A stretch of 64,000 nt of DNA, taken from contig JAZDGD010000004.1 in the NCBI GenBank assembly GCA_043807255.1, positions 14,057 to 78,056 of the forward strand. Direction: 5' to 3'. Under the pieces are notes generated by a model that saw only the letters and a program-made list of their open reading frames with translations, was not told the DNA's origin and searched no databases. The DNA comes from Patescibacteria group bacterium. Lineage in GTDB: Bacteria; Patescibacteriota; Minisyncoccia; RBG-13-40-8-A. A program made the position numbers and the translations under genes. Each line of letters opens with the position of its first letter. The first letter of the stretch is position 1. Below, piece after piece: positions 43,992-54,139 of the stretch.

Positions 43992-45240
43992 GGAGGATGA
44001 TGTCGTCTTTTTTCGCCTTGAGTTCTAAATATTTTTTGATGTCATCGAAAGTACTTATATATTGAATGTTTTTTACTTGTCCGCCGAGGAGGCGGATTTT
44101 CTCAACCAGATCTTTGGCGTGAATTGTGTGATCGTCTTTTTCTCGCGAACCATAAATATCGGTGACAATCACTTCGTCTGCTAAATCAAAAGCGGTTGCA
44201 AAATCATTTAATAAAAGCTTTGTGCGCGAATATAGGTGTGGTTGGAAAATAACAAATAATTTATTATTTGGATATTGTTCTTTCGTTGCCTTTATGGTTG
44301 CTTTAATTTCTGTGGGATGATGACCATAATCATTATAAATTAGAGCACCTTTTTTGGTGTTTCCCATAAAATCAAATCTGCGCCAGGTACCAGTATAATC
44401 TTTCAGAATTTTTAAGGCAGTTTTTTCTTCAAGTCCAATTAATTTAGCCGCGCTTAGCGCGGCTTGCGCATTTTTAAAATTGTGTTCGCCGGGAACTGAC
44501 AATTTAATATTTGCGGTTTCTTGTAAATAATTGATTTTTTTGATCTTTGTATTAGAATTTTTTAAAACATCTAAAATGTTTTGATCGTCGCCATTGTAGA
44601 TAATATATCCGTCTTCAGGAACTTTTTCTACCATTTTTTTGAACGCAGTTTTTACATTTTCAATGGTGCCATAATAATCTAAATGATCATTATCAATATT
44701 TAAAATAATTAAAATATTGGGAGTTAAGTTTAAAAACGATTCTTTGTATTCGCAAGCTTCAACAATAAAATATTTACTACTTCCTAAAACAAAATTATCT
44801 TCTTGTTTTTGTAAAAGACCGCCAACAACAACTGTGGGGTCTAAATTTCCATAAATCATTAATTCGGCAATCATGCAGGTGGTGGTTGTTTTGCCGTGAG
44901 TTCCGGAAACCGCAATTGTAAACATATTTTTAGAAATCATTCCTAAAATTTCTGGATATGAATATGTGGGAATGTTTAATTCTTTAGCGTAAATCATCTC
45001 CGGATTGTCTTCGGTTATAGCGGGGGAGTAAACAACCATATCTGCGTCCTGTGGTAAATTTTCGCGTTTATGGCCAATAAAAATTTTGCCGTGGATGGTT
45101 TGAATTCTTTCGGCCATTTTATTCATCGAAACATCGGAGCCAGTAACTTTTATTCCTTTAAGTCGTGCCATTCTGGCAATCGCCGAAACTCCCACGCCCC
45201 CAACTCCAATAAAATGTATTTTTTTAACATGATCTAGCAT
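43939..45240 (-). CDS. murC: UDP-N-acetylmuramate--L-alanine ligase
   Basis: IHFIGVGGVGVSAIA Rossmann N-terminus; GTHGKTTTT P-loop; Mur ligase middle and C-terminal domains. Confidence 0.9.
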   Translation of the reverse strand: MLDHVKKIHFIGVGGVGVSAIARMARLKGIKVTGSDVSMNKMAERIQTIHGKIFIGHKRENLPQDADMVVYSPAITEDNPEMIYAKELNIPTYSYPEILGMISKNMFTIAVSGTHGKTTTTCMIAELMIYGNLDPTVVVGGLLQKQEDNFVLGSSKYFIVEACEYKESFLNLTPNILIILNIDNDHLDYYGTIENVKTAFKKMVEKVPEDGYIIYNGDDQNILDVLKNSNTKIKKINYLQETANIKLSVPGEHNFKNAQAALSAAKLIGLEEKTALKILKDYTGTWRRFDFMGNTKKGALIYNDYGHHPTEIKATIKATKEQYPNNKLFVIFQPHLYSRTKLLLNDFATAFDLADEVIVTDIYGSREKDDHTIHAKDLVEKIRLLGGQVKNIQYISTFDDIKKYLELKAKKDDIILLQGAGDVYKIGEEILRG

Positions 45241-45351
45241 GTTTAAATCTTATCATTTTAAATTAATAAAACAAAATTATTGACAACAATACAATTACTT
45301 GTTATCTTGTAACCAGAACCTTTAAGGTTACTTTTTGTAAGGAGGATGATT

Positions 45352-45585
45352 GTGAAATACAATTCACTAAAGGCAACGAGGGCGGTGACTGGGGTAGAAC
45401 TCGATTTTATTGGGCATGCTCAGGGCCTTCTTCCGATTTTACAGCAAGAGCTTGTTGAAATCAACGAACAAATTAAAAAATTAGGGAGAAGAGCAGGGAT
45501 CAAAAGACTTCTTCGAAGTCTTGCCATTGATGAACTAATCAAGGATCTCAAGGGGGCCATTAAACGGCACGGAGGGAAGGTCTGA
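45352..45585 (+). CDS. small hypothetical protein (about 77 aa), GC-elevated, strong SD, GTG start
   Basis: gtaaggaggatgattGTG; promoter TTGACA-17-TATCTT at 45289-45317; terminator ggacgggggccaaccctcgtccg plus T-run. Confidence 0.4.
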   Translation: MKYNSLKATRAVTGVELDFIGHAQGLLPILQQELVEINEQIKKLGRRAGIKRLLRSLAIDELIKDLKGAIKRHGGKV

Positions 45586-45685
45586 CGTGGAATACGAAAC
45601 GGACGGGGGCCAACCCTCGTCCGTATTTTTTTATTCTAAAATTGACTTGTTTCTCTTTTTGTACGGCCGCGTAAAAAGAGAAATA

Positions 45686-47023
45686 CTATTTCTTTACGTA
45701 TTTTACGAATTGATCACTGCGGTCGTATTCATTTTTGAAAACACCAAACGATGCTGCGCCGGGAGACAATAAAATAATGTCTCCTTTTTTTGTAAATTTT
45801 CTCGCTTCTTTAATCGCTAATTGCATTGAGTCAACGACAATATATTCGGGAAAATCTTTAGGCAAAACGCTTAAAATCTTATCAGTCGCTGTGCCTTTTA
45901 TGAATACAACATTTTTAGTTGTGTTTGTTGTGACTTCTAACATGTCGTTGAAGTTTAATTCTTTATTTGCCCCTCCACAAATTAAAACAATATTTTTCTT
46001 GTTTTTATATAAAGAATTTAGTGCGGCAATACAGGCGTCAGGAGTTGTGGCATTAGAATCGTTATAATAAGTAATTCCGTTCTTCTTTAAAATCATTTGT
46101 AATCGTCCAGGTTCGCCAGGATAGGTAGCAATTGCTTGTTTGATTTGTTTTTGATTTAATTTCATTAATTTTAAAACTTCAACAGCTAAGGCAATGTTTG
46201 TCTTGTTGTGTTCGCCAATTAATTTTGTTTTGAAATTTCTAATTGTATCTTCATTAACAACAATAATCTTGGGATTTATCCCGCCTTGGCGGGACCTCTT
46301 TTTTATTTGCACCATCGCTTGTTCACTGATAATTAAAAAATCATTTTCTGTTTGGTATTTAAAAATTTCCGCCTTGTCATCAAAATATCTTTGCATATCA
46401 TTTTTATAATAATTCATATGATCATTCATAAAGGTTGTGAAAACAGCAATGTGTGGACTGATTTTTGATTCACCAAAACCTTGTAATTGCCAAGAGTCGA
46501 GCTCCAAGACAACGACATCGTTATCCTTAACTTTTTCCAGCAAAGGAAGCGTGGCAAGTCCACGAATATTTCCACCCAAAAATACATTTCCTTTTTTATA
46601 ATATTTTTTTAAACCATGATAAATCATTTTTGTGACCGTTGATTTTCCGCGCGTGCCAGTGATGCCAATAATTTTAGCTTTAGTAAATTTGGTAAACAGA
46701 GAAGCATCCATTTCAATGGGAATGCTGTTTTTTCTTGCTTCTGCCAGATAAATAGAATCAAAGGGAACTCCTGCGGCTTTAATCAATGTGTCGGCCTGTT
46801 GAAAATCTTCAATGCGATGCTGGCCTAAAATATATTTTATGTTTTTAAATTTTTTGAGTTGTTTTAGAGAAGAAGCAAGTTGTTGTTCGGTTTTTAAATC
46901 AGTAATTAAAAGATTGGCATCGTGTTTGGCCAAAAATTTCGCAACATTAATTCCTCGGCCAAGTAGCCCAAGTCCCATGATGATGATTTTTTTGTTTTTG
47001 AAATATTCTTTGTAATTAAGCAT
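45686..47023 (-). CDS. murD: UDP-N-acetylmuramoylalanine--D-glutamate ligase; the start is probably ATG 47023 (MLNYKEYF...), because the MENLLQG prefix in the ORF track lies in the shared leader repeat
   Basis: IIIMGLGLLGRG, GITGTRGKSTVT P-loop, Mur ligase domains. Confidence 0.85.
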   Translation of the reverse strand: MLNYKEYFKNKKIIIMGLGLLGRGINVAKFLAKHDANLLITDLKTEQQLASSLKQLKKFKNIKYILGQHRIEDFQQADTLIKAAGVPFDSIYLAEARKNSIPIEMDASLFTKFTKAKIIGITGTRGKSTVTKMIYHGLKKYYKKGNVFLGGNIRGLATLPLLEKVKDNDVVVLELDSWQLQGFGESKISPHIAVFTTFMNDHMNYYKNDMQRYFDDKAEIFKYQTENDFLIISEQAMVQIKKRSRQGGINPKIIVVNEDTIRNFKTKLIGEHNKTNIALAVEVLKLMKLNQKQIKQAIATYPGEPGRLQMILKKNGITYYNDSNATTPDACIAALNSLYKNKKNIVLICGGANKELNFNDMLEVTTNTTKNVVFIKGTATDKILSVLPKDFPEYIVVDSMQLAIKEARKFTKKGDIILLSPGAASFGVFKNEYDRSDQFVKYVKK

Positions 47024-47096
47024 ACCCTGTAGTAGATTTTCCACTTATTTTTATTTTACTGCTCCGCAGTAGTGGAAAATTCACTACGGGGCATAT
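47021..47096 (-). repeat. leader element copy 2 (see 128-203)
   Basis: the reverse complement matches the lysS leader over about 76 bp. Confidence 0.85.
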
Positions 47097-47220
47097 TTAA
47101 TTCTATCATTATAATATTTTTTAGACAAAATCCCGATGTAGGGTCGGGATAAAAAAAAGAGGGGAGACGCAACAACGATTGTTCGTTGTTTTGTCTCCCC
47201 ACGCTCCGGCCGTTCGTTAT

Positions 47221-47469
47221 CTACTTGGCCAGTTGTTCGATGGCTTTGACGATATTGAGTCCGATACTAAAGATAAGCGTGATGATGGCCAGAAAAGAGC
47301 TAAAAAGTTGCCTGGAAAGATGCCCTTCGTTCCTGTTTTCCGCTGCGCCAATTACCACCAAAATAAAACTGATGACGACAGCCACGAGCATACTAGTAAA
47401 CATTTTATCCTCCAACGTACGAGATAGTGGGTCGATTCGCATCAACACCACGCTAACATATGTAATCAT
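47221..47469 (-). CDS. small membrane protein (82 aa), GC-elevated, apparently leaderless
   Basis: two TM helices; the minus-strand promoter TTGACA-16-TATGAT ends 5 nt before the ATG; terminator ggggagac...gtctcccc plus T-run at 47170-47215; overlapping plus-strand ORFs are judged artefacts. Confidence 0.4.
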   Translation of the reverse strand: MITYVSVVLMRIDPLSRTLEDKMFTSMLVAVVISFILVVIGAAENRNEGHLSRQLFSSFLAIITLIFSIGLNIVKAIEQLAK

Positions 47470-47512
47470 AGCATATACACAAAATTTGTCAAGTTTTTTC
47501 GGGTAAAATAAA

Positions 47513-47550
47513 AATACTGTAAATTGAACGATCGTTCAAAATACAGTATT
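47513..47550. promoter_or_regulatory. 38-bp near-perfect palindrome aatactgtaaattgaacgatcgttcaaaatacagtatt (operator-like); a related copy is at 56545-56580
   Basis: ATACTGTA-N6-ACGATCGT-N6-TACAGTAT architecture at both loci, each next to a strong promoter. Confidence 0.5.
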
Positions 47551-47601
47551 TTAGAAATTATTAATTTTATTCAATGTTTTTATTTTACAAAAAAATTAAT
47601 A

Positions 47602-48534
47602 ATGTATAGTATAAATTATATGTTAAAAGTGTTTTTGGATGCGTTGATTGATAGCGCGAAAATGATTCCGTTGCTTTTTGTGATTTATGTTGCGATTGAA
47701 TTGATTGAATATAAATTTGGAAACAAAATCAGAGAAAAAATGCAGAGCGCAGGAAAATCCGGTCCAGCGATTGGTTCAATTGTTGGTAGTTTTCCGCAGT
47801 GCGGTTTTTCAGTTATTGCTACTGCGCTATATAACCAGAGATTGGTTACAATTGGAACGTTGTTAGCGGTTTATCTCTCAACATCTGACGAAGCAATTCC
47901 TGTGATTTTGTCGCAACCAGAAAAAGCGAAAATGATTTTGCCATTAATTTTAATAAAAATTGTGATCGCTTTAATTGCCGGATATTTTGTTGATTTTATT
48001 TTTAAAAAAAACAAAAACAATGTTTTAACCCATATTGAAAACTATAAACACGGAACAGACGACAAAACCCATCACCATGAATCAGTAATTGAAGAAAAAT
48101 CTTGTTGTGGACATATGCCCAATTCTGTTTCTAAAAAATTTAATCCCAAAGAAATATTTTTTCATCCCTTAATCCATACATTAAAAATTTTCCTTTTTAT
48201 ATTTTGTGCTTCACTTTTAATCGGCATTTTTATTTTTTTGATAGGTGAAGAAACATTTTATAAATTCTTTTCGAATCAAAAATTTTTACAGCCATTTTTA
48301 GCAGCGATAATCGGATTAATTCCTAATTGTGCATCGTCAGTTTTGATTGCACAACTATATTTAAAAGACGTGATTACTTTCGGCTCAATGATTGCTGGGC
48401 TCTGTGCGGGTGGGGGATTGGGAATATTAATTTTATTTAAGGAAGAAAAAAACAAAAGAAATGCATTTAAAGTTTTGGCGTTGCTTTTGGGCATCAGTAT
48501 TTTTGTTGGTTTGACAATTCAATATGTGCTATAA
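47602..48534 (+). CDS. polytopic membrane protein with a central His/Cys-rich loop (HGTDDKTHHHESVIEEKSCCGH), possibly a metal transporter
   Basis: hydrophobic helices in two halves separated by the His-rich loop. Confidence 0.45.
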   Translation: MYSINYMLKVFLDALIDSAKMIPLLFVIYVAIELIEYKFGNKIREKMQSAGKSGPAIGSIVGSFPQCGFSVIATALYNQRLVTIGTLLAVYLSTSDEAIPVILSQPEKAKMILPLILIKIVIALIAGYFVDFIFKKNKNNVLTHIENYKHGTDDKTHHHESVIEEKSCCGHMPNSVSKKFNPKEIFFHPLIHTLKIFLFIFCASLLIGIFIFLIGEETFYKFFSNQKFLQPFLAAIIGLIPNCASSVLIAQLYLKDVITFGSMIAGLCAGGGLGILILFKEEKNKRNAFKVLALLLGISIFVGLTIQYVL

Positions 48535-48582
48535 TTTGTTTTGGAGGGGCTAATTAAATAATTTTATCCGCCTTGGGCGGAA

Positions 48583-49266
48583 ATGTTCAAAAAAAATATG
48601 ATCGAAATTTTATTGAGTTCGTTGAAAGAGGTTTGGGGGAGTTTTATTGGATTTCTTCCAACCCTTATCGCGGCGTTGATTGTTTTTATTGTTGGTTGGT
48701 TAATTGCCATTTTCGTTGGCAAATTAATCAATAAATTAGTAAAAGCAATAAAGTTAGATTCGCTTTTAGAAAAAATTGGTTTTGGAAAGGCATTGTCAAA
48801 AACAAAAATTAAATTAGATTCAGCCAAGTTTTTTGAAGAACTTGTAAAATGGTTTTTGATTATTGTGTTTTTGATGACCGCAGTTGATATTTTAGGACTT
48901 GAAGAATTAAGGTTCTTTTTGGGGAAAATTCTTGCTTTTATTCCCGTGGTAATAATTTCTGCGGTTGTTTTGTTGGTGACGGTTCTTATTGCAAGATTTA
49001 TGCACAAGATTATTAAGGCAAGCGCTGATGCCGCAGGATTGCATTCGTCTTCAGTAATTGCAGGAATTGCAAGATGGGCAATTTTGATTTTTGGTTTCGT
49101 GATTGCTTTAACGCAGTTAAGAATTACTACGAAGTTAATTGAAACAATTGTTTCTTGGATCATTATAATGTTGGCAATTGCCGGTGGATTGGCATTCGGT
49201 TTGGGTGGCAAGAATATGGCAGAAAAAACTCTTGAAAAACTGAAAGACGATTTAACGGAAAAATAA
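48583..49266 (+). CDS. TM-helix-repeat / MscS-related small membrane protein
   Basis: repeated amphipathic TM segments; the minus-strand ORF 48564-49211 is judged an artefact. Confidence 0.4.
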   Translation: MFKKNMIEILLSSLKEVWGSFIGFLPTLIAALIVFIVGWLIAIFVGKLINKLVKAIKLDSLLEKIGFGKALSKTKIKLDSAKFFEELVKWFLIIVFLMTAVDILGLEELRFFLGKILAFIPVVIISAVVLLVTVLIARFMHKIIKASADAAGLHSSSVIAGIARWAILIFGFVIALTQLRITTKLIETIVSWIIIMLAIAGGLAFGLGGKNMAEKTLEKLKDDLTEK

Positions 49267-49450
49267 CCCTTCGACCTGCCTGCCGGTAGGCAGGTAAAAA
49301 TTCAGGGTAAATAAAAATTCGGAGGTGGAACCTCCGAATATGGAGTAGATATCAAGGGGCCAGAAACATCCGTTTCTGGCCCCTTTGATTGGTCGCAAAG
49401 ACAGAGATACCCGAGGTCAGACCTCGGGTATTTTCTATTATCGGAAACGA

Positions 49451-49479
49451 TTGACACGACTATTTTACGAGAATATAAT
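49451..49479 (+). promoter_or_regulatory. perfect consensus promoter TTGACA-17-TATAAT
   Basis: ttgacacgactattttacgagaatataat; the ATG lies 8 nt downstream (leaderless). Confidence 0.55.
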
Positions 49480-49487
49480 TTGTCTAT

Positions 49488-49658
49488 ATGCGAGAAACAA
49501 AATGCGATTTATGCAAAAAGAAAATTTCTGAAGAACCGATAATCGCTGGTTTGGGATTTTTTCCAAAAGCCGAATTGTGCGAAAAGTGTGGTGCACCAAT
49601 TTTGAATTTTTTAAAGAAACATAAATTCATAAAAACCGAAAAGAAAAAGAAAAGATAA
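49488..49658 (+). CDS. small zinc-ribbon-like protein (56 aa; CDLC...CEKC), leaderless
   Basis: MRETKCDLCKK...ELCEKCGAPI; not in the ORF track because it is under 60 aa. Confidence 0.35.
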   Translation: MRETKCDLCKKKISEEPIIAGLGFFPKAELCEKCGAPILNFLKKHKFIKTEKKKKR

Positions 49659-49891
49659 CATAAAATAAATTAAAGGGCTTGACCCCTCACATGAAAACAA
49701 TATACTCAACCACTTGACACGCTATTTTTTTTCGCATAAACTAACAACATATAAGAACTATGAGAAAAAACCAAAAACAACTTATGAAAACAAGCGGTTG
49801 ATAAAACCTGGTATTTTCATACCTCGTATTACTCAGACCGCCAAAAGCGGTTTTTTTAAATCATAGAATCGGAAGACCTTAACAACCCCTA

Positions 49892-49987
49892 AATCTCGCA
49901 AGGCGAGATCGGGAGCCCGACCGAAAGGTGTAGGGCTCCCCAAGTATCGCAAAGCGAGATCGGGAGCCCGACCGAAAGGTGTAGGGC
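49892..49987 (+). repeat. tandem direct repeat (2 x about 45 bp) in the 23S leader, each unit with two hairpins
   Basis: atctcgcaaggcgagatcgggagcccgaccgaaaggtgtagggct appears twice. Confidence 0.8.
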
Positions 49988-50636
49988 TGAATATGTTTCG
50001 ACATCAAGTAAAAAAAACAATAAAAGAAAAAGCATTTTTTATCGAGTAAAAAAGGTTAAAAATAAAAGCAATTAAAGTCTAAGTAGTAATGTCTATAAAT
50101 TGCCAGCTAAATTAAGCAGGTTAGTAAGGGTATATGGTGGATGCCTTGACACTAGAAGGCGAAGAAGGACGTGGCGTAACTGCGATAAGTCTCGGGGAGG
50201 TGTGTAGCAACCTATGATCCGGGAATCTCCGAATGAGGAAACTCAATTCCAATAAACTGGAATTATCCCGATTGAAATCGGGAAGCGAACTCGGCGAAGT
50301 AAAACATTTCAGTAGCCGAAGGAATAGAAAACAAAAGTAATTCCCCAAGTAGTGGCGAGCGAAAAGGGAACAGCCCAAACCCGATCCTAGAACCGCTTTG
50401 CGGTTCGGATTTAGGGGGTAGTAAGATAATAACGTCGAGAGAAATCTCGGGAAAGTGGATACAAAACTAAGACTTCCTTAGTTGAAGGAACTGGAAAGTT
50501 CTACCAAAGAAGGTAATAGTCCTGTAAACGAAAAGCCTATTATACTACTATTATTGAATATTGAGTACCGCGATAACATATAATCTAGCGGGAATCATCC
50601 TGAACTATCTAGGAAAGGCTAAATACTTCTAGTGAT

Positions 50637-50675
<39 letters not shown>

Positions 50676-52732
50676 GCCCGATAAGGGCGTTGAAATAGTA
50701 CCTGAAATCATATACTTACAAAGAGTCGGAGTCCGACCCGCAAGGGGTTAGGATGACGGCGTGCTTTTTGCAGAACGAACCAACGAGTTTACCGCAGACT
50801 GTTGTCTAAGTCCGTATAGGACGGAGGCATAGGGAAACCGAGTGTTAATAGCGCGAAATTATAACAGTATGCGTAAGACCCGAAGCCAGGTGAGCTACCC
50901 ATGGCCAGGATGAACTCTGATGAAAATCAGAGGGAGGTCCGGACCCACCAGCCGTGCAATACTGGGGGATGAGTTGTGGGTTGGAGTGAAAAGCTAATCG
51001 AACCTGGTAATAGCTGGTTCTCCTCGAAATATGTTTAGGCATAGCCTCTTGTTTTTTCTCCTTAGGGGTAGAGCACTAAATTGGTTGAGGTGGCGCAAGC
51101 CTACTCACTAAATTAAACTCCGAATACTAAGGCAGATAGCAAGGGAGTAAGACTGTGGGGGCTAAGCTCCATGGTCAAAAGGGAAATAGCCCAGATCGTC
51201 GTCTAAGGTCCCAAAACTAAATTAAGTGGTAAAAGAAGTGTTTCGTCTTTGACAGATGGGATGTTGGCTTAGAAGTAGCCATCATTTAAAGAGTGTGTAA
51301 CAACTCACCATTCTATTCTCGATTTATCGAGAGCTATGACAAGACGCGCTGAAAATGTAACGGGGCTCAAATTTAGTACCGAAGACACGGATTTTCAAAT
51401 TAATTTTTGAAAGTGGTAGAGGAGCATTTTTTCAACAGTGAAGCTAATTCGTGAGAGTTGGTGGAGTTGAAAGAAGAGAGAATGTTGGTATGAGTAACCG
51501 CAAGTCCGATGAGAAATCGGACCATCGAAAGCCCGAGGTTTCCTTGGCAATGTAAATCAGCCAAGGGTTAGGCGGATCTAAGGCAATCCCGAAAGGGGTA
51601 GCTGATGTTCAATCGGTTAATATTCCGATCCTTCTGTATTTTTCTATGGAGTGACGGAGTTTAGTAGTTAGAGCAGATTATTGGATTTCTGTTTATATAT
51701 TAAGAAGCCAGATTAGGCAAATCCGGTCTGGAATACTTCAAGATACGTATAAAGGTTCAACTTCGGTTGGATTTATTCTAATGAGCAAGCTTCCAAGAAA
51801 AACTTCTATGGTTAGAAATATAGAATCCGTACTTAAACTGACACAGGTGGGCGAGGCGAGGAGCCTAAGATGAACGGGTTAACCTTCGTTAAGGAACTCG
51901 GCAAAACAACGGCCGTAAGTTCGCAATAAGGCCTTCCCCGACCCGCAAGGGATTAGGGGACGCAGCTAAAGATTCCTAGCGACTGTTTACTAAAAACACA
52001 GGTCCCTGCTAACTCGTAAGAGGATGTATAGGGGCTGACACTTGACCAGTGCTGGAAGGTTAATAGTGGGGGTGTATGTCTCGCTTTGCGAGATGTATGC
52101 TCACTGCTTGAAGCCCCAGTGAACGTCGGCGATAACTATAATCGTCCTAAGGTACCGAAATTCCTTGGCATGTAAGTTATGTCCTGCAGGAAAAGTGTAA
52201 CGACTGGGAAACTGTCTCAACGAAGAGCCCGGTGAAAATGCAATGTCAGTGAAGATGCTGACTACCCGCGACAAGACGAAAAGACCCCAGGAGCTTTACT
52301 ATATCTTGGTATTGTTTTAATGATTTTAATGCGTAGCGTAGACGGTAGGATTTGAAGGTTGCCTCTCGGGGCGACTGGATCCGACAATGAAACACCGTTC
52401 TTTGAAATTGTTAAAACTAACCCCTTCTATATGAAGAGGAACAGTGCCAGGTGGGTAGTTTTGGTGGGGCGCTAGCCTCCTAAAGAGTAACGGAGGCGTT
52501 TAAAGGTTGACTAGCTCCGGATGGAAATCGGAGCGATAGTGTAAGAGCAAAAGTCAGCTTTACTGCAAGACTGACAGGTCGCGCAGTTACGAAAGTAGAA
52601 TCTAGTGAACCGACCCTGGTTAATAGAATCGGGGGAGATCATCGGATAAAAGCTACCCTGGGGATAACAGGCTGGTAGACGCTAAGAGTCCATATCGACG
52701 CGTCTGTTCGGCACCTCGATGTCGGCTCATCT

Positions 52733-52763
<31 letters not shown>

Positions 52764-52784
52764 TGGCTGTTCGCCAATTAAAGA

Positions 52785-52824
<40 letters not shown>

Positions 52825-52872
52825 ACTCCTATCTGTCGTGGGCGTAGATACTTGAGAGACTTTGTCCCTAGT

Positions 52873-53637
52873 AAGAATATTGCTACTGTCCGAAGTAATT
52901 CGGACTGACAATGTGGCTTATAACGGTGAAGTCTTAATGATGTTTGGTCTGTTGATAACTATTATTGCATCGGTCCGATGATAATGGTACAATTTAATTG
53001 AGGACCAGATAATTATTAAGATAATACCGTGGGAAGTCGATCTAAAATTAATTACGCATATATTGCAGGATTTCTTGATGGTGATGGAAGTTTAATGTTT
53101 CAAATTAAAAAACGGAAAGATGGTAAGTCTAAAACAAGATTTATGCTGACAATCTGTTTTTATCAAGATTCGAGACACGCTAAGCCATTGTTCTGGATTC
53201 AAAAGGTTCTGAAAATAGGTTATATTTCAAAACGTAAAGATGGAATTACAGAATTAAGAATAAATGGTTATAAGCAAGTCAAAAATATTTTGAAAAATTT
53301 AATTCCATTCATCAAATTCAAGAAAATTCAAGCAAAAGCAATGTATGACGCCACAAATCTTTTATGTGCTGTGAAAAATATAAATTTGTCTAAAAGCAAT
53401 TTATATAAGTTAATTAATTATATTTTGACAATTCAAAATAATAATTATGCGACTAAACACAAAAAAACTAAAAAAGATTTGTTGAAAATTTTAGGTTTGA
53501 CCCCGTAACGACTTGGTTTGACTTCGGTCAGCCAGAGTTTAACAGCAATGTTAAGCTAACATGCCACCACCCTAATTCCGATATTATTGGAATGGGTGAA
53601 GATATAGTCTGCGCACATAGTGATATGTGATAACGTG
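52873..53637 (+). mobile_element. self-splicing (probably group I) intron in 23S carrying a homing-endonuclease ORF; the insertion lies within the sarcin-ricin loop sequence context
   Basis: exon 1 ends in U, the intron ends in G; flanking exon sequence reconstitutes CCUAGUACGAGAGGACC. Confidence 0.65.
53029..53508 (+). CDS. LAGLIDADG homing endonuclease (single-motif, homodimer type)
   Basis: YIAGFLDGDGSLMFQIKK motif; located inside the 23S intron. Confidence 0.8.
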   Translation: MGSRSKINYAYIAGFLDGDGSLMFQIKKRKDGKSKTRFMLTICFYQDSRHAKPLFWIQKVLKIGYISKRKDGITELRINGYKQVKNILKNLIPFIKFKKIQAKAMYDATNLLCAVKNINLSKSNLYKLINYILTIQNNNYATKHKKTKKDLLKILGLTP

Positions 53638-53949
53638 ACGAGAGGACCGGGATGAACAAACCTCTGGTGTACCAGCTGTCCTGCCAAGGGCACTGCTGGG
53701 TAGCTAAGTTTGGCAGGGATAAACGCTGAAAGCATATAAGCGTGAAACCCTTCTCGAGATTAGGTATCATAGATTGGTTGAAGATTACGACCTTGATAGG
53801 CTTCAGGTGTAAGTACCGAGAGGTATTGAGCCGAGAAGTACTAATAAATCATTTGCCTGTTTAATTAGGCTGGCAATTTGTGGACGTTATTTAGATTTAT
53901 TTATTTTAGTTGATATCGAAAAATTGTGATTCAAAATTATAACCATTAT

Positions 53950-54056
53950 AAGGGAGCTATACCTGGAGTGCTCCACCTGTTCCCATTCCGAACACAGAAG
54001 TGAAATCTTTCAGGGCCGATGATAGCGGATTACCGCAAAAGTAGGTGACCCTCCTA
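53950..54056 (+). rRNA. rrf: 5S rRNA
   Basis: CCACCTGTTCCCATTCCGAACACAGAAGT...GCCGATGATAGCGG; terminator gctccgcaactgcgggg plus T-run at 54081-54117. Confidence 0.8.
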
Positions 54057-54139
54057 TAATAATCACAATTAGCAAATAAGATGAAAGCTCCGCAACTGCG
54101 GGGTTTTTGTTTTTTTAAAAATTTGTTATACTATAATCA

